In this document: piece by piece, positions 36,219 through 42,987 of the stretch
Position numbering within the stretch: position 1 is the first letter of the stretch
Layout: each line of letters opens with the position of its first letter
NCBI GenBank assembly: GCA_037441385.1
Contig: JBBISH010000045.1
Location: 1 to 42,987 of the forward strand
Reading direction: 5' to 3'
Origin: Myxococcales bacterium
GTDB lineage: Bacteria > Myxococcota_A > UBA9042
DNA length: 42,987 nucleotides
Translations under genes and position numbers: made by a program
The notes under the pieces: model-generated
What the model saw: the letters and a program-made list of their open reading frames with translations, nothing else
Told to the model about the DNA's origin: nothing
Databases searched by the model: none

Positions 36219-37114
36219 CTCGCGTGGCCCAGCAAGGCCCGGGTCTCGGCTGGCGTCGCCACCTGGCCGCCAGCTTCGCGCACGGTGCGAACCAGGGCCT
36301 CGACCAGGGCGCCGTTGCTCGCAGTTTTGCTGCCGTCGGGCAGGTAGAACGTATCCTCCAGCCCAGTGCGGACATGGCCACCCAGCTCCACGGCGCGGCG
36401 GTGCAAAGCCCAGACCTCCTCGCGGCCGATGCCGATCACCTGCCACAGCGCGCCCTTGGGCATCTCGTCGCGCAGCAGGGGCAGCCAACGCGGGTCGGCG
36501 GGCATCCCCGAGTCGACGCCCATCACCAGCGAGAGGTGAACCGGCGCGCGCACCATGCCCTTTTGGGCGAACATGGCCACGCTGCGCACGATGCCGGTGT
36601 CGAAGCACTCGCACTCGGGCACGATGTCGAGCCGGTGCATGGCGGCCAAGAAGGCTTCGATCTTGGCGACGGGATTGTCAAACAGCAGCGGCGGCCAAGC
36701 CCACTCGCCGCCCGCCCGCAGCTTCAAGTAGTTCAAGGTGCCGGCGTTGAGCGCCGCCATCTCGGGCCGCCCCGCCTCCAAACAGGCCAGGGGACCCGAG
36801 ATGTCCGAACCAAAGATTCCCGTTGAGAAATTCTGCACCAGATCCGGGCAGCGAGCGCGAATGGCGTCGCCGATCGCCTTGGCCACGGCCGGGTCCCACG
36901 ACGGCAGCCGGCCCATGCCCGGACGCTGGTCGCGAAAGTGCAGGTGCACGATGGACGCGCCGGCGTTGTAGGCCTGCTGGGCGTGGTCGGCCATTTGCTC
37001 TGGTGTGACAGGCACTTGATGGACATTGGGATCCGTCAGGACCCCGGTCAAGGCACAGGTGACGACCACTTTGCCCGCCCCTTGTGGGCGGCTGTGGACC
37101 GCGACATCGCTCAT
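36215..37114 (-). CDS. Beta-keto acid cleavage enzyme (BKACE/DUF849, Kce family)
   Basis: VVTCALTG, VPVTPEQ, AGASIVHLHFRD (HxH), NFSTG, LNAGTLN, PECECFD, GGHVRTGLED. Confidence 0.92.
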   Translation of the reverse strand: MSDVAVHSRPQGAGKVVVTCALTGVLTDPNVHQVPVTPEQMADHAQQAYNAGASIVHLHFRDQRPGMGRLPSWDPAVAKAIGDAIRARCPDLVQNFSTGIFGSDISGPLACLEAGRPEMAALNAGTLNYLKLRAGGEWAWPPLLFDNPVAKIEAFLAAMHRLDIVPECECFDTGIVRSVAMFAQKGMVRAPVHLSLVMGVDSGMPADPRWLPLLRDEMPKGALWQVIGIGREEVWALHRRAVELGGHVRTGLEDTFYLPDGSKTASNGALVEALVRTVREAGGQVATPAETRALLGHAS

Positions 37115-37147
37115 GGAAACTCCTTGTCTTTGGGTGCCAAAACCGAA

Positions 37148-39169
37148 TTACGGCACGGCGATTTCGACCAGTGGCGTGCCCGCAGCGACCGCGTCGCCCA
37201 CCTGGGCAAACACGCCAAGAACGGTGCCGGCCGTGGGCGCGCGGATCACCGTCAGCATCTTCATGGCTTCCATGGCCAGCAGCGGATCGTCCGCGGCGAC
37301 CACTTGGCCAACCTGCACCCACACTTGCGTGATGACCGCCGCCGAGGGAGCCACGACCGAGCCTGCCGGTGCGTCGACCACTCGCGCTTGGGGCAGCAGC
37401 GACTGTTCCCGCAGGTGCGCCAAAGCGCCGTTGCGGTGCTGCACGAACACGTCGTCCCCAGCAAACAGACCCGTGAACGACTCGCGGTGCTCGCCGAGCT
37501 CGAATTCGATGCTCCACTCGCCCGTTTGCGTGGCAACGATGCCCTGCGGCACGTCCCAGCGCACTTCGCCGGCCAGCGCAGGTACCTTGGCCAGCAGCGG
37601 GTCGGACGCCCGGTCGACGGCATAGGCCAGTCGCCCAGCCGCGACGGGCTGCAAGAACACTGCGGCCGGCGTGTCGGTTGGATGCTGGGCCACAACCAGC
37701 AGTGTTGCGTCGGGTCGCCACGGATTGCTGCGCAGGCGCCGCTGCAAGCCCGCGCCGTGGCGTGCCAGCGCGGCGGCGAGCAGGTGGGCGTCGCTGGGCG
37801 GCGGCAGGGCGGCGGGCGGGTGCAAGGCCACAAACCGGGTATCCAACTGCCCACGCGCGAAGTCTGGGCTGGCCAAAATCGTCTGCAAATAGTCGCGGTT
37901 GTGGGTCACGCCCCAAAGCTGCAGATCCGCCAGGGCTCGCTGCAACCGGGCGGTGGCCGTGCCGCGCGTGGGCGCCCAGGCAATCACCTTGGCGACCAGG
38001 GCATCGTAGTGCAAAGGTACATGATCCTTAGGCTTTAGCCCGTGATCGACGCGGACACCTTCGCCACGCGGCGGGGCCCACCGATGCACGGGCCCGGCTT
38101 GGGGCACAAAGTCGCTGCTGGGATCCTCTGCACACAAGCGGACTTCGATGGCATGGCCGCGCATGGCCACCTGCGCCTGGCTAAGGGGGAGCGGCTGCCC
38201 TTGCGCGACCGCGAGCTGCAGCTCGACCAAGTCCAGACCCGTCACCAGTTCGGTGACCGGGTGCTCCACTTGCAGGCGCGCGTTGACCTCTAGGAAGTAG
38301 AACTCGCCCGTCGCGTCGTCGAGCAAGAATTCCACAGTGCCCGCGCCGGTATAGCCCACACCAACGCCGATCGCCAGCGCCGCCTGCCCCAGCCGTGCGC
38401 GCAAATCAGGGTCGACGCGGGGCGAGGGCGACTCTTCGACAATCTTCTGATGCCGCCGCTGAATCGAGCACTCGCGCTCGCCCAACTGCACCACGTGACC
38501 GTACTGGTCGCCCAAAATCTGCACTTCGAGGTGGCGGCCGCGCTCGACAAAGTGTTCGAGCAGCAACGCCCCATCGCCAAAGGCGCTTTTTGCCTCGCGA
38601 CTGGCTAGTTCCAACTGCTGCGTCAGCTCGCTAGCCTCGCGCACGACCCGCATGCCGCGTCCACCGCCGCCACCCGCTGCCTTGATCAGCAGTGGAAACG
38701 GCAGGTTGCGCCCCTTCTCGGCAAGTTCTTGCAGCTGTTCCGGGCCATCGGGCGCCTCGATACCCGGCACGACCGGCACCCCCAGCTCGCGGGCCAGCCG
38801 CTTGGCGGCGTCTTTGCGGCCCACCGCGCGCATGGCCGCTGGCGCTGGTCCCACCCACGTCAGGCCAGCCTGCAGCACGGCCTCGGCAAACTCGGCGCGC
38901 TCGCTCAAGAAACCGTAGCCCGGATGCACAGCGTCCACGCCGGCGCGAAGGGCGGCCTGCACCACGATCGCCATGTCCAGGTAGGGGCTACCGTGGCCCT
39001 CGTTCCCCAAAAACAGGGCCTCGTCGCACACTTGCGTGTGCAGGGCCTCGCGATCCACGTCGGTGTAGACGGCCACGGTCGCCATGCCGAGCTGACGCGC
39101 GGTGCGCGCAATACGGCAGGCAATTTCGCCCCGGTTGGCGATCAGCAAGCGGCGGATGGGCTGTGTCAT
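37148..39169 (-). CDS. Acyl-CoA carboxylase alpha subunit (biotin carboxylase plus BCCP; geranyl-/methylcrotonyl-CoA carboxylase type)
   Basis: LIANRGEIACR, HPGYGFLSE, GGGGRGMR, ERECSIQRRHQK, RLQVEHPVTE, EAMKM biotin site; AGGTGA RBS before MTQP. Confidence 0.93.
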   Translation of the reverse strand: MTQPIRRLLIANRGEIACRIARTARQLGMATVAVYTDVDREALHTQVCDEALFLGNEGHGSPYLDMAIVVQAALRAGVDAVHPGYGFLSERAEFAEAVLQAGLTWVGPAPAAMRAVGRKDAAKRLARELGVPVVPGIEAPDGPEQLQELAEKGRNLPFPLLIKAAGGGGGRGMRVVREASELTQQLELASREAKSAFGDGALLLEHFVERGRHLEVQILGDQYGHVVQLGERECSIQRRHQKIVEESPSPRVDPDLRARLGQAALAIGVGVGYTGAGTVEFLLDDATGEFYFLEVNARLQVEHPVTELVTGLDLVELQLAVAQGQPLPLSQAQVAMRGHAIEVRLCAEDPSSDFVPQAGPVHRWAPPRGEGVRVDHGLKPKDHVPLHYDALVAKVIAWAPTRGTATARLQRALADLQLWGVTHNRDYLQTILASPDFARGQLDTRFVALHPPAALPPPSDAHLLAAALARHGAGLQRRLRSNPWRPDATLLVVAQHPTDTPAAVFLQPVAAGRLAYAVDRASDPLLAKVPALAGEVRWDVPQGIVATQTGEWSIEFELGEHRESFTGLFAGDDVFVQHRNGALAHLREQSLLPQARVVDAPAGSVVAPSAAVITQVWVQVGQVVAADDPLLAMEAMKMLTVIRAPTAGTVLGVFAQVGDAVAAGTPLVEIAVP

Positions 39170-39190
39170 GGAATTCACCTGCATGCGCAA

Positions 39191-40801
39191 CTACATACGG
39201 AATACGCCAAAGCCGGGCGGCTGGGCAGCCACGTCGCGCTGCCAGGCCGCTTCCAGGCCCAATGCCAACGCGGCGCGGGTGTGCCGCGGGTCCAAGATGC
39301 CGTCGTCCCACAGTTGCGACGTCGCGAAATAGGGGTCGCTCTGCCGCAAAAACTCCGCCTTGACCATGGCTTCCATCTCGGCGAACTCGGCAGCGTCCGG
39401 CTCGCCACCCATCTTGCGAATCGCCTCTTCTTGCACGATGCGCATGACCCGCGCCGCCTGGTCGCCGCCCATGACCGCAATCCGCGACGAGGGCCAGGTC
39501 AGCAGCAGCCGCGGGTCGTAAGCCCGGCCGCACATGCCGTAATTGCCAGCGCCAAAAGAGCCGCCAACCAGCACGGTGAACTGCGGCACGCTGGCCGTGG
39601 CGACGGCGTGGACCATCTTGGCGCCGTCTTTGACGATGCCGCGCCGCTCGGCCTCTACGCCCACCATGAAGCCGGTGATGTTCTGCAAGTACACGATGGG
39701 GCAGCGCTTTTGGCAGCATAGCTGGATGAAGTGCGCGGCCTTTTGCGCACTCTCGCTGAAGAGCGGCCCGTTGTTGCCCAGTACCCCCACCAAGAAGCCG
39801 GAAATCCTGGCGAACCCGCAGACCAGCGTGGGGCCATAGCCCGGGCGGAACTCGTCCAGCTCGGATCCATCGAGCAAACGCGCCATGACTTCGCGGATAT
39901 CAAACGGAACCTTCAAGTCCGGCGGCACGATCCCCAACAAATCCTCTTGATCATACAGCGGTTCTTCCACCGCATCGCGCGGGATCGGGTGGCTAGGCTT
40001 GCCCAAGTTCGCCACGATTTGCCGACCCAGCGCGACCGCGTGGGCGTCGTCGTCGGCCAGGTAGTCGCAAAGGCCCGAGACGGTGTGGTGCATCTCGGCG
40101 CCGCCCAAAGTCTCGTCGTCGGTGTCGGCCCCCGTGGCGGCTTTGACCAGCGGCGGCCCAGCCAAGAACACCTTGGCCTGCCCTTTGACCATCACGGTAT
40201 AGTCACTCATTCCAGGGACATACGCGCCGCCCGCGGTAGCATTGCCAAACACCAGCGCGATCTGCGGCAGGCCCATCGCGCTCATGCGCGCTTGATTGCA
40301 GAACCCGCGGCCGCCGCGGTGGCCGGGGGCAAACAGCTCGGCTTGATACAGTAGGTTGGCGCCGGCAGACTCGACCAAAGCTACCGTGGGCAAACCATTT
40401 TCGCGCGCCACCTGCTGGGCGCGGATCATCTTGTCGGCACCCAGCGGGTAGATCGCCCCGCCCTTGATGCGGGTATCGTTGGCGCTGACGACCACCAACC
40501 GGCCCGCCACGCGGCCAACACCGGTGATGACGCCGGCTCCAGGTGCCTCGTCGTCGTAGTGGCCGTAGGCGGCCAAGGGGCTGAATTCCAAGAAGTCGCC
40601 GTCGCGGTCGAGCAGCCGTTCGATGCGCTCGCGGGGGCTGAGCTTGCCGCGCTGGGCCAAACGGGCCGCGGCCTTGGGCCCACCGGCGTTGCGCGCCTTG
40701 GCCAAGCGCTCGCCCAACTCGGCCAGCAGGCCCTGCATGTGCTCGCGATTGCGTTGGAAATCCGCCGAACGCGGGTTCACGTGGCTGGTCAGGCGCGGCA
40801 T
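39191..40801 (-). CDS. Acyl-CoA carboxylase carboxyltransferase (beta) subunit, motifs closest to geranyl-CoA carboxylase AtuC type
   Basis: LVESAGANL, TAGGAYVPGMSDY, FLAGPPLVKAATG, QNITGFMVG, SFGAGNYGMCGR, DDGILDPR, FGVFRM; AGGAG RBS. Confidence 0.92.
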   Translation of the reverse strand: MPRLTSHVNPRSADFQRNREHMQGLLAELGERLAKARNAGGPKAAARLAQRGKLSPRERIERLLDRDGDFLEFSPLAAYGHYDDEAPGAGVITGVGRVAGRLVVVSANDTRIKGGAIYPLGADKMIRAQQVARENGLPTVALVESAGANLLYQAELFAPGHRGGRGFCNQARMSAMGLPQIALVFGNATAGGAYVPGMSDYTVMVKGQAKVFLAGPPLVKAATGADTDDETLGGAEMHHTVSGLCDYLADDDAHAVALGRQIVANLGKPSHPIPRDAVEEPLYDQEDLLGIVPPDLKVPFDIREVMARLLDGSELDEFRPGYGPTLVCGFARISGFLVGVLGNNGPLFSESAQKAAHFIQLCCQKRCPIVYLQNITGFMVGVEAERRGIVKDGAKMVHAVATASVPQFTVLVGGSFGAGNYGMCGRAYDPRLLLTWPSSRIAVMGGDQAARVMRIVQEEAIRKMGGEPDAAEFAEMEAMVKAEFLRQSDPYFATSQLWDDGILDPRHTRAALALGLEAAWQRDVAAQPPGFGVFRM

Positions 40802-40880
40802 GGCAAGGCGACTCCTGGTTTGGTTGGAGGTTGGTAGGGGCAAGGACCGCGCGGCCGACGCTGGCCGAACCTACCATAGG

Positions 40881-41645
40881 CTACTGGCCAAAGGGCTCGG
40901 TGACCGACAAGAAGGCCCTGGCGGCCGCGTCGTCGAGCAGCCAATGCAGGTCGCGGCCGTGAAGCTTGGCCACCGGCAGATCGGGGCCATGGCCAGCCCA
41001 GACCTCGCCAAGCACCTTGCCGGCGAGCTTGCCCTCAGCGATCACCAACACCACCGCGCTGCGGTTCAGGGTGGGCAGCGCCAGGGTCAGTCGATCCGGC
41101 TCGCCGTGGACGACCAGGCACAGGTCGTCGACCGAAAGCGAAGGATGGCCGGGCTGCAGCGCCGCCACCCCGCCGTCGTCGGCCACCTGCAGCAGCACCA
41201 CATCGAGCTCGCCCTGGAATTGCTGTTGAAATTCGCGGCCAAAACGCACGCACTCGCGCGCCGCTTCGCCACCCAACGTCATCGGCAGCACCTGCTGCGG
41301 CGGCAGGTCCAAGGCAGCCAACCAGGCCTCGTAGCTGGCCCGCAGCTGATGCTCGGGCAAAAACGCTTCGTAATCGCCGATTTGTCGCGGCATGGCCTGA
41401 AGCAGCACCTCGTCGGTCCACGTGATCCGCAGTTGGCCGCGCACGCCGGGATCCAGGCGCTGGGCAAGGAACCGCCCCGCCCTCGCCACGCCATTGCCCC
41501 CCGAAATCGCCAGCCGGCACCGCCCTTGCTGCCGCGCCACGCCTTCCACAGCGCCGCGAAGCAGTCCGCCGAGTACGCCGTCGCCGCCTCCCAGATGCAC
41601 GGTCGGTTGCGGCGACAGGTGGGCATCGCGGTGAAGCACGATCAT
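40881..41645 (-). CDS. pgl: 6-phosphogluconolactonase-fold protein with degenerate motifs
   Basis: RLAISGG, ITWTDEV, LDVVLL, RLTLALPTLN, EGK, LP, WLLDDAAA. Confidence 0.7.
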   Translation of the reverse strand: MIVLHRDAHLSPQPTVHLGGGDGVLGGLLRGAVEGVARQQGRCRLAISGGNGVARAGRFLAQRLDPGVRGQLRITWTDEVLLQAMPRQIGDYEAFLPEHQLRASYEAWLAALDLPPQQVLPMTLGGEAARECVRFGREFQQQFQGELDVVLLQVADDGGVAALQPGHPSLSVDDLCLVVHGEPDRLTLALPTLNRSAVVLVIAEGKLAGKVLGEVWAGHGPDLPVAKLHGRDLHWLLDDAAARAFLSVTEPFGQ

Positions 41646-41773
41646 GGGCAACCTCGGGCGCGGCGTGAGTTGCACGACGTGGCGGCGAGCGTAGCACATC
41701 GCCGCGATCGCACCCAAGCCCGGCGCTGGGACGCCTGTAGAAATCCCGGCTTTGGCTGCCTGCGCGGCGGGGA

Positions 41774-41802
41774 TTGCACACGCCCGCGAACCCGTCTAGC
41801 TT
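41774..41802 (+). promoter_or_regulatory. Candidate sigma70 promoter of the esterase gene
   Basis: TTGCAC-N17-TAGCTT. Confidence 0.4.
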
Positions 41803-41841
41803 TGCGATCCAACCTGAAGCAAGCCCACCCCAGGAGTCCGC

Positions 41842-42576
41842 ATGTTCAAGAAGCCGCACCAACTGCCCAGTCAGCACATGGGCCGCTCGATCTGGCTTTG
41901 GCAGTACGGCGAATTCGGCCGGCCGTTGCTGGTGTTCCCTTCGGCCGCGGGCATGGCCCACGAGTGGGAGAACCAGGGTATGCTCGCCGGCATCAGCCAC
42001 CTCATCGGCACCAAGATCAAGCTGTATTGCGTCGAGTCCAACGTGTCCGAGGCGTGGACCAAGAAGGACGCCGATCCTGCCTGGCGCATCCAGCGGCACA
42101 TGGCCTACGAGCGCTTTGTGTACGACGAACTGGTCCCGTGGATCCGCCAGGACTGCCGCACGCCGGACATTGCGATCGGCGTCACCGGCACCAGCCTGGG
42201 CGCGATGTACGCCGCCAACGCGGTGCTCAAGCGCCCCGAGGTGTTTCGCTACGGCCTGTGCCTAAGCGGCCGCTACGACGTCCGCGATTTCAACGCGTTG
42301 CAGAGCGCCGACGTGTACTTCAACAACCCGCTGGCGTACGTATGGGGTCTGGAAGGCGCGCCGCTGGACCAGATCCGCCACCACGTGCACCTGGATCTGG
42401 TCTGCGGTCGCGGCCCGTGGGAAGACGGCAACTGGCAAGAGACCCAAAAGCTGGCCGACCTGCTGCACAAAAAGGGCATCTCGTGCCACTTGGATCTCTG
42501 GGGCCGCGACACCGACCACAACTGGCCGGCGTGGCGCAAGCAGGCGGCGATGTACCTGAATCAAAGGTTCCGCTAG
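41842..42576 (+). CDS. Putative esterase (alpha/beta hydrolase)
   Basis: YGEFGRPLLVFPS, GTSLG nucleophile elbow, LSGRYD, YFNNP, HNWPAW; AGGAG RBS. Confidence 0.88.
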   Translation: MFKKPHQLPSQHMGRSIWLWQYGEFGRPLLVFPSAAGMAHEWENQGMLAGISHLIGTKIKLYCVESNVSEAWTKKDADPAWRIQRHMAYERFVYDELVPWIRQDCRTPDIAIGVTGTSLGAMYAANAVLKRPEVFRYGLCLSGRYDVRDFNALQSADVYFNNPLAYVWGLEGAPLDQIRHHVHLDLVCGRGPWEDGNWQETQKLADLLHKKGISCHLDLWGRDTDHNWPAWRKQAAMYLNQRFR

Positions 42577-42600
42577 CCCGTTGTGCCGCAGGAGGCTGTC

Positions 42601-42987
42601 ATGATCCGATCTGTGCTGCTCGTGTGGTCGCTCGCCTGTGCTGGTTTGGTCGCCCTGCCCGCTCTGGCCGGACCGAGCCATGCCCCGCCGCTGAAAGCCG
42701 CGCCCGCGGTGGTCATCTACGAACACGGCAGCTTTGTTGGCAAATTCCAAGTGCTGCCGGTGGGTGCCTACGACGTCGGCGCCCTGAAGATGGGCAACGA
42801 CAAGGTCAGTTCGGTGCGCGTGCCGCCGGGATTCAAGGCGATCCTGTTCGAGCACGCGGGGTTCCAAGGTCGGACGCTGGAACTGCTGAACGATGCGCCC
42901 AACCTGCCGGCCGACTTCAACGACGTCACGTCAAGCGTGGTGGTCGAAGCCGTGCACATGCCGCCGCCGCCACCGCCCGCGCCAGAG
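42601..42987 (+). CDS. Secreted beta/gamma-crystallin (Protein S-like) domain protein, 3'-truncated by the window edge
   Basis: Absent from the ORF track; AGGAGG RBS; MIRSVLLVWSLACAGLVALPALAG..YEHGSFVG..NDKVSSVRVPPG..FEHAGFQG..FNDVTSS. Confidence 0.85.
   Translation, partial: MIRSVLLVWSLACAGLVALPALAGPSHAPPLKAAPAVVIYEHGSFVGKFQVLPVGAYDVGALKMGNDKVSSVRVPPGFKAILFEHAGFQGRTLELLNDAPNLPADFNDVTSSVVVEAVHMPPPPPPAPE

Overview
High-GC bacterial chromosomal segment. Cys-rich surface lipoproteins and a Protein-S-like crystallin suggest a Myxococcota/deltaproteobacterium-like host (inference). It holds about 35 genes: housekeeping (glyA, rpsU, clpS-clpA, ygfZ, ansA, sppA, CoaC-like flavoprotein, acyl-CoA carboxylase alpha/beta, BKACE) mixed with large surface lipoproteins. 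Main observations: (1) a radical SAM/SPASM enzyme with an RRE-like N-terminus encoded directly behind a 411-aa protein ending in ten Asp-Cys units (CX2D/CX3D), a candidate new thioether-crosslinking RiPP-like or protein-modification system; (2) a lipoprotein rhodanese whose in-frame UGA falls at a conserved Cys position and is followed by a SECIS-like hairpin, a probable selenoprotein that the ORF track truncates; (3) a cobalamin riboswitch upstream of two uncharacterised lipoproteins; (4) about 370 nt of back-to-back intergenic hairpins and two families of dispersed intergenic repeats; (5) a very basic 60-aa protein with a near-consensus sigma70 promoter. No rRNA, tRNA, CRISPR array or transposase gene was recognised.
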